Assembly: GCA_049322615.1 (NCBI GenBank)
Contig: JBMORX010000001.1
Location: 6,715-70,714, forward strand
From: Patescibacteria group bacterium
GTDB taxonomy: Bacteria > Patescibacteriota > Microgenomatia > CAYGWK01
Length of the DNA stretch: 64,000 nt
Direction of reading: 5' to 3'
Of this stretch, positions 38,907-47,719 are shown piece after piece. Within the stretch, counting starts at the first letter, position 1. The number at the start of each line of letters is the position of its first letter. Made by a program: the position numbers and the translations under genes. The notes under the pieces are model-generated. The model was not told the origin of the DNA. It made no database searches and saw nothing but the letters and a program-made list of their open reading frames with translations.

Positions 38907-40769
38907 TTAGTCTAGTGTTGCATAGATCCGACGGATACCGGCGCCTGCCGACCCTTCTTTTATAATCTTAAACCTTCCAAGCCTGCCTGTAAAGTCAACA
39001 TGAGGTCCACCGCAAACTTCAACCGAAAAAACTTGCCCTGAGCCTACCGAAGGGTCTCCGATTGAGTAAACCTTAACTTTTTCACCATATTTTTTTTCAA
39101 ATTCAGCCATGGCTCCTTTCTCCTTGGCTTGCTCAAGCGTCATCATTTCCATCTCAACTGGCAGGTTTTCTTTTATCTTCTGGTTTACTAATTCTTCCGT
39201 GTCTTTCAGTTCTTTTTCCGTGAGTTTCCGTGGGTTGGGAAAGTCGAAACGAAGCCGCTCGGCCGTGATATTTGAACCAGATTGTTTAACATGCTCGCCT
39301 AAAATTTTCCGCAGGGCAGAATGCAAAAGATGGGTAGCTGTATGAAGTTTTGTAACTTTCTCCGAATGATCCGCCAAGCCGCCGGCAAATTTTTTCTCTG
39401 CCCCAACCCGAGAAGTTTCCTGATGTTTTTTAAATTCTTCTTCAAATGCTTTTTTATCAATTTTTTGCCCCCTTTCTTGAACAATTTCCTCGATCATCTC
39501 CAGAGGGAATCCATAGGTTTCGTAGAGATAAAAAGCAATTTTTCCATCAAGTTTTTTACATTTTTCTATTTCTTTAAGTCCGCGCTCTAAGGTTTTTTTA
39601 AATTTTTCTTCTTCCAAAGTCAAAGTTTCCAAAATCTGGTTCTTTTTCTTTTCTAATTCTGGATATTCTCCTTTCATTGTCTGAATTACAGTTTCTGCAG
39701 CATTTGGAGTAAACAGTTTAATTAATTGTCCGCCTTTGGCGGAAAGTGTTCTTCCAAAACGGACTGCTCGTCGAATCAGTCGGCGCAAAACATATCCCTG
39801 TTCAACATTTGAAGGTGTCACACCATCGGAAATCAAAAATGTTGCCGCCCGAAGATGATCAGCAATAATTCGCATTGGTTTTTGGTTTTCTTCTTGCTCG
39901 TAATTTTTTCCAGAAAGCACTTCAATTGATTGAATTATTGGTTTAAACAGTTCTGTTTGGTAATCATCATCAAGTCCACCCAAAACCGCAACCGTTCTCT
40001 CAACTCCCATCCCGGTATCCACGTTTTTTTGTTTAAGAAAAACATATTCGAAATCCTTTTCTCTGGCGTTCTCATTTTTTAATTTTTCATTTTTAATTTT
40101 TAACTTTTTTTCGTACTCCATAAAAACATCATTCCAAATTTCAACCCAGGAAACATCATCTGGATTAAAGGTTTTTGGTGCTTCATCTTTGCCCACCCAA
40201 ACAAACATTTCCGTATCCGGTCCGCAGGGACCAGTTTTCCCAGCCGGGCCCCACCAATTGTTCTTTTTGGGTAATTTTGCTATTCGAGTATCGGATATAC
40301 CCAATGAAACCCAAATATCATATGATTCCTTATCAAATGGAGCATCGTTATCTCCAGCAAAAACGGAAATTGCCAGTTTGTTTTTGTCAATTCCCAACCA
40401 TTCTTTACCGGTTAAAAACTCAAAACTCCACTGGATCGCTTCTTTTTTCCAGTACCCGCCTTGTCCGATGCCGTCAGGCGAGGCAGGATCTCCCAAACTC
40501 CAATTTCCCAACATTTCAAAAAAGGTATGATGGACAGTATTTCCGACTTTATCAATATCATCGGTCCGCAGACATCTTTGAACCGAGCAAAGTCTCTCGC
40601 CAAAGGGGTGAGGCTCACCAAGTAAATATGGTACCAGCGGGTGCATGCCGGCGGAAATAAAAAGAGCAGTTGGATCGTTTTCGGGAATCAAGGAAGCATT
40701 GGGGATAACTCTATGCCCTTTTTTGGCAAAAAAATCAAGATATTTTTGCTTTAATTCTTTAGCGGTCAC
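38907..40769 (-). CDS. alaS: Alanine-tRNA ligase (short form without C-Ala domain)
   Basis: HHTFFEMLGNWS, DTGMGVER, HTATHLLH, EVCGGPHV, GIRRI. Confidence 0.97.
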   Translation of the reverse strand: MTAKELKQKYLDFFAKKGHRVIPNASLIPENDPTALFISAGMHPLVPYLLGEPHPFGERLCSVQRCLRTDDIDKVGNTVHHTFFEMLGNWSLGDPASPDGIGQGGYWKKEAIQWSFEFLTGKEWLGIDKNKLAISVFAGDNDAPFDKESYDIWVSLGISDTRIAKLPKKNNWWGPAGKTGPCGPDTEMFVWVGKDEAPKTFNPDDVSWVEIWNDVFMEYEKKLKIKNEKLKNENAREKDFEYVFLKQKNVDTGMGVERTVAVLGGLDDDYQTELFKPIIQSIEVLSGKNYEQEENQKPMRIIADHLRAATFLISDGVTPSNVEQGYVLRRLIRRAVRFGRTLSAKGGQLIKLFTPNAAETVIQTMKGEYPELEKKKNQILETLTLEEEKFKKTLERGLKEIEKCKKLDGKIAFYLYETYGFPLEMIEEIVQERGQKIDKKAFEEEFKKHQETSRVGAEKKFAGGLADHSEKVTKLHTATHLLHSALRKILGEHVKQSGSNITAERLRFDFPNPRKLTEKELKDTEELVNQKIKENLPVEMEMMTLEQAKEKGAMAEFEKKYGEKVKVYSIGDPSVGSGQVFSVEVCGGPHVDFTGRLGRFKIIKEGSAGAGIRRIYATLD

Positions 40770-40786
40770 GAAGAAAATTATACTAT

Positions 40787-41167
40787 TTAGGAGAGCCTTT
40801 TACCAGCCCGAAGGAAGAAGCGGCGCGCCGGCGATTCCGAAGGTAATTCTTCTTGTTTTTCCTTGTCCTCCGAAGCTTCAGCGAAGGAGGATTTTTTCTC
40901 AATCTTTTTCTCTTCGCCTCCACCTTCTTTCAAAAACGTCTTAATAAATTCTGCCAAGGAACGAAGACCGGTAGCAAGATCAGAAATGCCTGAAATTGGT
41001 TTGGCAATAGATTCAGAAATTATTCCCGTGTCATCTAAAATTTTGTTCATTTTTCGAACTGACTGGCGAAATTCCTTCAAGATTAGAAAAACCTCAACTC
41101 CGACAATCGAAAGGATAGTGGTTAAAACCAAAACCGTAATGATAAGAAGAATTTGAGTGGTATCCAT
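40787..41167 (-). CDS. Hypothetical single-TM protein (start MDTTQ)
   Basis: N-terminal TM helix followed by coiled coil. Confidence 0.75.
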   Translation of the reverse strand: MDTTQILLIITVLVLTTILSIVGVEVFLILKEFRQSVRKMNKILDDTGIISESIAKPISGISDLATGLRSLAEFIKTFLKEGGGEEKKIEKKSSFAEASEDKEKQEELPSESPARRFFLRAGKRLS

Positions 41168-41234
41168 GGCACGTAAATTGCGAAACAATAACGTGCCTAC
41201 GGCGTTAATTCTCGAGAATTTTACGCCGTGGGCA
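41168..41234. repeat. Two overlapping hairpins immediately upstream of the ATG
   Basis: ggcacgt...acgtgcc and tgcctacggcgt...acgccgtgggca. Confidence 0.65.
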
Positions 41235-41275
41235 GTCTACTTCTTCTAAAAGTCTAAATCCTAAAATCTGTGGTG

Positions 41276-41914
41276 TCAAGGACCAAAGTAAATAGTTCTT
41301 TCAATTTTTGTCTTCTTTCCCCGGCGGGATAGGGCTTCAATTAAGATTTTGTTTTCTCCAGGAGAAAGGGCGAGAGTTTTTTCAAAAGAACCATCGGCTA
41401 GAACTAAAGCCATTTCTCCATTAATAAAAACTACTGCGTCAGGACTAGTCTTCCCTTGAATTCTCACCTCATTTGTTTTAAGACTTTCTCTGTTTGCCGG
41501 AGAATAAATTTCCAAGGGGGGAGAACCTAAAAACCCCAAAAGTTGGAATGCTAAATAGGTAGCCAGAATGAAAAATAAAGCCCCGACTCCAAATCCAATC
41601 GTCAATTTTGGTGTCCAAGAAAAATTTGGCTGATAAAGTGGTTCATAAACTCCCCGAGGCAGAATCTTTCCCTTTTCATCCTCAATAAAATCCCGGCGAA
41701 AGATAGCCAGCAAATCACGTGAGGAGAGCCCAAGGAACTCGGCATAATTTTTGATAAAACCGCGAACTACCGTAGCTTCGGCGATTTTGGAAAAATCATT
41801 CTTTTCCAAAGCCTCAAGAAAGCGCACTTTTATTTTTGTCGCCCCTTCGACTTCGCTCAGGGCAAGCTTCTTTTTCAGTCTTTCATTTCTTAGAATCTCG
41901 CCAACAGTTTTCAT
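41276..41914 (-). CDS. RodZ-like HTH-TM protein
   Basis: TVGEILRNER...TKIKVRFLEALE...GFIKNYAEFLGL; TM; Ig-like C-domain. Confidence 0.85.
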   Translation of the reverse strand: MKTVGEILRNERLKKKLALSEVEGATKIKVRFLEALEKNDFSKIAEATVVRGFIKNYAEFLGLSSRDLLAIFRRDFIEDEKGKILPRGVYEPLYQPNFSWTPKLTIGFGVGALFFILATYLAFQLLGFLGSPPLEIYSPANRESLKTNEVRIQGKTSPDAVVFINGEMALVLADGSFEKTLALSPGENKILIEALSRRGKKTKIERTIYFGP

Positions 41915-44001
41915 GAAGTTTCTCCAGAGGAGCTTAAGAATTCGTCAGGATTACGGACTAAAACATCCCGAGGCTTTGAACCTTCTCCCGGACCAACGAC
42001 TCCTGCTGCCTCCAGCTGATCCAGAATCCGGGCCGCCCGGGCATAACCGATTGAGAGCCGACGCTGCAAAAGGGATGCACTTGCCCGTTCATACTGACAA
42101 ACAGTCCGTAGGGCTTCTTCAAAAAGCTCGTCTCTTTCCTCTTCCTCACCCTTTACCCCCCAACGTCTTACCCCAACTGGCATAGTCGTTACTTCCTCGG
42201 TATAAGCCGGGGCTGCTTTTTTCCGTAAGAAATCAATTAAGCGTTGAATTTCTGGTTCGGAGACAAAAGCACCCTGAATTCGAGTTGCTTTTGCTTGATC
42301 AGGAGGAATATAAAGCATGTCTCCTCGACCTAAAAGTTTTTCTGCTCCCCCTTGGTCAAGAATAACTCTTGAGTCAACCATTGAGGAAACGGCAAAAGAA
42401 ATTCGACAAGGAATATTGGCTTTAATCAATCCAGTTAAAACATCAACCGAGGGACGTTGGGTTGAAATAACCAAATGGATTCCCGTTGCCCGCGCCATTT
42501 GGGCAATTCGACAAATGGCATCCTCAACCTCAACTGGAGCAAAAAGAATGATATCTGCCAACTCGTCAATGATAATCACAATATAGGGCATGGCAACAAA
42601 ACCAGAAAGCTCGTTATAAGAGTCAATGTTGCGGACCCCGGTTTCGGCAAAAAGCTTATATCTTCTGTCCATCTCGGAAATTGCCCATTTTAAAGCCGAA
42701 AGAACCTTTTCGGGATCAACGATAACTGGAGTTAGAAGATGGGGAACACCATTGTATTGAACAAGCTCGACCCTTTTTGGATCAACCAAAATTAATTTGA
42801 CTTCATTTGGAGTTGTCTGAAATAAAAGGGTGGCAATAAAAGAGTTCAGAAGAACAGTTTTCCCGCTTCCAGTTGAACCAGCAATTAAAACATGAGGCAT
42901 TCGGGCAATATCAGCCACAACTGCCTCGCCTGAAACATCAAGTCCTAAAGCAACCGTTAACTTGCTCTTGGCATTTTTTAAAACATTTGACTCTAGCATT
43001 TTTTTCAAAGTGACAAACTCAAGGGAACGATTGGGAAGCTCTATCCCAACCAAAGACCTTCCGGGAATCGGCGCTTCAATCCTAATCTGTCCATGGGGAG
43101 CAGCCAACGCCAAAGCCAAATCATTTGATAAAGCGGTAATTTTAGAAAGTTTTGTTCCCAAAGCAACCTCAAAAGCATATTGGGTAACTGCCGGACCTAA
43201 ATTTACCTCAACCACCCGAGCAGAAATTCCAAAAGACTCTAAAGTTTTCTCAATAATGGCTGCATTACTCTTGATATCACCCCTGTCTGCTTTACTTCCA
43301 AAAACATCGGAAAGAAGCGTTATCGGTGGATATTCCCAAATTTTTGTTTGAGCCGAGGAGATGGCGCTTAAACCTGGAGCAAGTTCTTCCTTTGCGGGCA
43401 CCGCTTTTAGGGGTTGAGCTTCAGAAACTCGAAGGAGGGGCTTTTCTTCCAAAACCTTTGGGACTTTTGGTTTGCGAACTGCGACAACAAAACCTTTAAT
43501 GCTTTTTAAAAGATTAATTATAAAAATAATGACCTGGTCGATTGAAGTATTAAAAAGAACAATTAGACCAATTAAAACTCCACCAACCAGGACTAATAAT
43601 GCTCCGGCAGAAGTAATCATTCCCGCGGTCCCAATCCAGATTTCTCGACCAAAAACTCCGGCTTTGGTCAAACCAAGAGATGAAAGCAAAAGCAAAATGG
43701 CACCAACAAAAACGTGGGGTTCGTTAACTGGGGTTTTTAGTTTAGTGAGCACTAAACCGGCAACAGTTAAAATAAATGGAAGAAAAATTACCCCCCAACC
43801 AAAAAGATGTAAAAGATAGCTATTTAGCTTAATCAGTAAACTCCCCTGTCTTAAAAAAGAGATAATAGTCAGCCCTGCTAAGGAAAGAAAACAAACACTC
43901 CCGATTGAGAAAATAGTTGATCTTCTAAGGCGAACCCGAAAAGAGCGGCGTAAAAACCGTCGGGAGGGAAACTGTGATGGTAAACCTGGCAGGATCATCA
44001 A
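41911..44001 (-). CDS. ftsK: DNA translocase FtsK/SpoIIIE
   Basis: PHVLIAGSTGSGKT, IIDELAD, TQRPSVDV, gamma domain ASASLLQRRLSIGYARAAR. Confidence 0.97.
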   Translation of the reverse strand: MMILPGLPSQFPSRRFLRRSFRVRLRRSTIFSIGSVCFLSLAGLTIISFLRQGSLLIKLNSYLLHLFGWGVIFLPFILTVAGLVLTKLKTPVNEPHVFVGAILLLLSSLGLTKAGVFGREIWIGTAGMITSAGALLVLVGGVLIGLIVLFNTSIDQVIIFIINLLKSIKGFVVAVRKPKVPKVLEEKPLLRVSEAQPLKAVPAKEELAPGLSAISSAQTKIWEYPPITLLSDVFGSKADRGDIKSNAAIIEKTLESFGISARVVEVNLGPAVTQYAFEVALGTKLSKITALSNDLALALAAPHGQIRIEAPIPGRSLVGIELPNRSLEFVTLKKMLESNVLKNAKSKLTVALGLDVSGEAVVADIARMPHVLIAGSTGSGKTVLLNSFIATLLFQTTPNEVKLILVDPKRVELVQYNGVPHLLTPVIVDPEKVLSALKWAISEMDRRYKLFAETGVRNIDSYNELSGFVAMPYIVIIIDELADIILFAPVEVEDAICRIAQMARATGIHLVISTQRPSVDVLTGLIKANIPCRISFAVSSMVDSRVILDQGGAEKLLGRGDMLYIPPDQAKATRIQGAFVSEPEIQRLIDFLRKKAAPAYTEEVTTMPVGVRRWGVKGEEEERDELFEEALRTVCQYERASASLLQRRLSIGYARAARILDQLEAAGVVGPGEGSKPRDVLVRNPDEFLSSSGETS

Positions 44002-44031
44002 ACTTAATTATACTCGCCACGCTTGGCGGGG

Positions 44032-45702
44032 TCAAACTTTAATCACCTGGGTAAGGATTATCGGTCGGCGACCAGTTTTTTGAAAGAAGAATTTCTCAAG
44101 AGCGTCCTGAAGATCTCTTTGGACAAAACGAAATTCAGTTTTTTTGCCTGTCCATTTTGCTAAAATTTTCTTTATCTCTGTCTTTGTTTCCCTGATTAAT
44201 TTTTCTGACTCCTTAACATAAACAAAACCTCGGGTAACAATTTCTGGCTCACTTAAAAGTTTAAAAGTTAGTTGGTCAATCAGAATAATTGCCACCACAA
44301 TTCCTTCTTGGGAGAGAATTTTTCGGTCGCGTAAAACTACATTGCCAACATCGCCAACTCCTAAAGCATCAACCATCACTGTCCTAACCTCAATGGCTTG
44401 GGAAAGATCCACCCTCCCTTCGGAAAATAATTTAACTATTTGACCATTATCGGGAAGAATTATTCTATCTTTTTGAAAACCCAATCCTTGAGCCAATTTT
44501 TGATAGGCAATCATGTGGCGAAAATTTCCCCCAATGGGTAAAACAAATTTCGGTTTTACCATCTCAATTAGTTTTTTTAAATCGGAAGAAGATCCATGAC
44601 CAGAAACATGGACGTCAGAGGTCACATCAGCATAAGAAACTTCTCCACCTTGACGCATAATTTCATCAATCAAAGCGTAAATTGCCGCTTCGTTGCCAGG
44701 AATATAATCCGTAGAAAAAACAACTTTATCTCCCCTTTCAATTTTAACTTCATGCTCGCCCGCGACAATTTTTTCCAGAGCCGAACCTGGTTGTCCTTGA
44801 CTTCCAGCCACCAAAAAGGTAAGACCCAAAGCGGGGAATCTTCTTGCTTCTTTCACTGATAAAAATAAGTTTGGGGGAAATTTTAAATAGGAAAGTTTTA
44901 AGGCTTGAGCCACATTTTCTTCCACCGACCGACCGACTAAAACCACTTTTCGCTTGTGTCTTTGAGAAACCTCAATTGCCTGCTTAAGCCTGGAGATGTT
45001 CGAGGACATGGTGGTAACAAAAAATTTTCCCAAGGTTTTCTCGATTTCTCTTTCAAACATTTCTTGAAGTTTTGCCTCTGAAGGAGTAAATCCCTCTCTT
45101 TCTGCTCGCAAACAATCCGAAAGAAGACAAAAAACTCCTCTTTTACCGACTTGAACAATAAGATTCTGGTCTGTTGGCTTCCCCATCACTGGGGTTAAAT
45201 CAAGTTTAAAATCAGCCGCATGATAAAAAATTCCAATTGGAGTCGAAATTACCAAATGCATTGTTTCGGGAATCGAATGAGTCACCTCAATGAATTCGAT
45301 TTGAAAATTTCCCAAAAAAAGTTTTTTACCTTCGGATATTTCTTGAAAATTTGCCCCAAAACCAAATTCAGAAAGTTTTTCCCTAGCTAAGGCTAAAGCC
45401 CACTTTGAGCCGAAGACAGGAATTTTGCCAAGTTTAGGCAAGATGTAGGGAAGAGCACCGATGTGATCATCATGACCATGAGAAATTATAAGTCCCTTAA
45501 TTTTTTGTTTTTTAGGCAGGAGATAGGAAACATCAGGAATAAGCAAATCCACCCCTCTCATTTCTTCAGTGGGAAAACCAATACCACAGTCGACAATTAA
45601 AATGTCTTTTTCCGTCTCATAGACAAACATATTGTTTGTCACCTGTCCAAACCCGCCAAGGGAAATGATTTTTAAATAATTTTTCTCTGCTTTCTGGTTC
45701 AT
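44032..45702 (-). CDS. rnj: Ribonuclease J
   Basis: SHGHDDHIGALP, THSIP, HVSGH, TGRRPII. Confidence 0.95.
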   Translation of the reverse strand: MNQKAEKNYLKIISLGGFGQVTNNMFVYETEKDILIVDCGIGFPTEEMRGVDLLIPDVSYLLPKKQKIKGLIISHGHDDHIGALPYILPKLGKIPVFGSKWALALAREKLSEFGFGANFQEISEGKKLFLGNFQIEFIEVTHSIPETMHLVISTPIGIFYHAADFKLDLTPVMGKPTDQNLIVQVGKRGVFCLLSDCLRAEREGFTPSEAKLQEMFEREIEKTLGKFFVTTMSSNISRLKQAIEVSQRHKRKVVLVGRSVEENVAQALKLSYLKFPPNLFLSVKEARRFPALGLTFLVAGSQGQPGSALEKIVAGEHEVKIERGDKVVFSTDYIPGNEAAIYALIDEIMRQGGEVSYADVTSDVHVSGHGSSSDLKKLIEMVKPKFVLPIGGNFRHMIAYQKLAQGLGFQKDRIILPDNGQIVKLFSEGRVDLSQAIEVRTVMVDALGVGDVGNVVLRDRKILSQEGIVVAIILIDQLTFKLLSEPEIVTRGFVYVKESEKLIRETKTEIKKILAKWTGKKTEFRFVQRDLQDALEKFFFQKTGRRPIILTQVIKV

Positions 45703-46301
45703 TTCAGTGTCCTCTGTGTTGCAAGTTTTTTATTCAATAATTGTCCCAGTTTACTAAAATCGTTTCTTAATTCCTTCAAGATTCCCCCATTTCTTAACCC
45801 AGCCGCCGGGTGATACATCGGCATCACCATTATCTTTCTGCTATTCCAGTATACCATGCGACTTGTTCCATGAATTTTAGAAATAGATTCGCCTGGCAAA
45901 AATTTTGCCATCGAAAATCTACCCAAAGTAACAATAATTTCTGGGTTTATAATTTCTATTTGTTTATCAAGCCAAACTGAACAAGATTGAATCTCTTCCG
46001 ACAGTGGATCACGGTTGCCAGGTGGTCTGTGCTTTATCAAATTTCCAATCCAGACATCTTTTCGAGCCACTTTAATTAATTGAAGTAATTGTTCCAATAA
46101 CTTACCGGCTTGACCAACAAATGGTTTTCCTTGTTTGTCCTCAAAAAAACCGGGCGCCTCACCAATAAACATAATTTTTGTATTCGGATTTCCCTCTCCA
46201 GGAACTGCTTGGGTGGCAGTTTTATAAAGAGAACATCTCCGACAAGAAGAAATTTCCTGGGAAATTTCTTTTAATTTTTCTTCCTTTTCTTCTAAAGTCA
46301 T
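45699..46301 (-). CDS. Family 4 uracil-DNA glycosylase
   Basis: CRRCSL, GEAPG, PFVGQAG, RPPGNRDP, YHPAA. Confidence 0.93.
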   Translation of the reverse strand: MTLEEKEEKLKEISQEISSCRRCSLYKTATQAVPGEGNPNTKIMFIGEAPGFFEDKQGKPFVGQAGKLLEQLLQLIKVARKDVWIGNLIKHRPPGNRDPLSEEIQSCSVWLDKQIEIINPEIIVTLGRFSMAKFLPGESISKIHGTSRMVYWNSRKIMVMPMYHPAAGLRNGGILKELRNDFSKLGQLLNKKLATQRTLK

Positions 46302-46434
46302 TTAAACAAGTACTTTAAATAATTAAAGTGGCTTTCTTTCACCCAATTCTCTACGGTTTAATGATACTTATTTTCTTGTTCTTTTATATATTTTCTAACC
46401 GTCCCAATTGTAACATTTCCGGCAGCTCGATACT

Positions 46435-46577
46435 CTCGGCACTGAAGTGTCGAGTCTCAAAAATTTAGGTTCTAAACTACTCGGCTCTAAAGAGCCAAGT
46501 TTTCAAAAACAGGCTCGGCATTTCAATGCCGAGTATTTGAGGGCATCTGAGACCACTCCCGGCAATTCATTGTCGGG
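46435..46577. repeat. Array of four related 20-bp hairpins, CTCGGC-N8-GyCGAG
   Basis: Starts at 46435, 46480, 46514, 46558. Confidence 0.8.
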
Positions 46578-46596
46578 TAACCAACTTCCGATCCAC

Positions 46597-47670
46597 CTAC
46601 CAGGTAGGCAAAAATTCCTTGATGTTCTCCTCTGTCAGCCGGAATTTTTTGTCTTTTTTCTCAACCATCATTTTGGCGACTTTGCGGCAAATGCCATTAA
46701 TTGTCCGCTCCAAGGTTCTTACTCCCGCGTCATAACCTAGGGGTCTGACAATTTTGGGCCAAACTACCTCGCTTATCTCCAAATTATCTTTAGTTAGTCC
46801 TGCTTCTTCTATTGTTCTTGGCAAAATATAATCCCGTCCAATGGTAATCTTCTCCTCATCAGTATAAGAAGGCATCATCATCGGTTCAAGTCGATCCATT
46901 ACTGCGGTTGAAATATTAGTCGTATTGTTGGCGGTGGCGATAAACAAAACCTCAGACAAGTCAAAAGGATAGTCTAGATAGTGATCAGAAAAAGCCATAT
47001 TTTGTTCAGGATCTAAAAGTTCAACTAAAACTCCCATGATCGTCGCCCGCGATTCCTCAACTACCCGATCAATTTCATCAAGTAAAATTACCGGGTTTTT
47101 TGTCCCGGCTCTACGTAAAGCCTTTATAACTTGCCCTGGTTCGCTGTCTGGGTGAACTCGCGATTGCCCCCGAAGATATAAAGGATCTCCCATTCCGCCA
47201 AAAGGAATTCTTTCAAATTTTCTTCCCATCGCTTCGGCAATTGAATAAGCAATCGTTGTTTTCCCAGTTCCAACAAGACCGACAAAACAAAGAATCGGCG
47301 CTCTCATAAAACTCCCTCTCACCCTTTCGCTCTCTTGCCCTCTTGCTCTTTTTAATTTCAATACTGCTAAATATTCTAAAATCCTTTCTTTAATTGGTCC
47401 CAAACCATAATGATTCTTATCAAGAATTTTCTTGGCAAAATCAAGGTCTAAGATGTCATCGCTTCTTTTTATCCACGGAAGACGGCAAACCCAGTCAACA
47501 TAAGTTGAAATCTGGACGTACTCTTGAGTATATCCGCCAGACCCAGCTAGTCTTCGGAGTCTTAGGGTTTCTTCTTCAAGTTTTTCTTTGAGTTCAGGCG
47601 GGAGGGTGACTTCCTTTATTTTCTTTTCAAGTTTTTCTATCTCGATGAGAATTTCTGGTTTTTCGGTCAT
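46597..47670 (-). CDS. Lon-family AAA+ protein lacking the N-domain and protease domain
   Basis: HYGLGPIKERILEYLAV, GLVGTGKT, LLDEIDR, LLDPEQN; ends before any Ser-Lys protease domain. Confidence 0.88.
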   Translation of the reverse strand: MTEKPEILIEIEKLEKKIKEVTLPPELKEKLEEETLRLRRLAGSGGYTQEYVQISTYVDWVCRLPWIKRSDDILDLDFAKKILDKNHYGLGPIKERILEYLAVLKLKRARGQESERVRGSFMRAPILCFVGLVGTGKTTIAYSIAEAMGRKFERIPFGGMGDPLYLRGQSRVHPDSEPGQVIKALRRAGTKNPVILLDEIDRVVEESRATIMGVLVELLDPEQNMAFSDHYLDYPFDLSEVLFIATANNTTNISTAVMDRLEPMMMPSYTDEEKITIGRDYILPRTIEEAGLTKDNLEISEVVWPKIVRPLGYDAGVRTLERTINGICRKVAKMMVEKKDKKFRLTEENIKEFLPTW

Positions 47671-47719
47671 GGGCAGCGTCGTGTCCTTTTAGGTTTATAT
47701 TAGCAAACCTTGCTAAATT

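Noticed and set aside
46435-46577. Mini CRISPR array
   Set aside because: Repeats differ in sequence, spacers are only 14-25 bp and uneven, and no cas genes are nearby.
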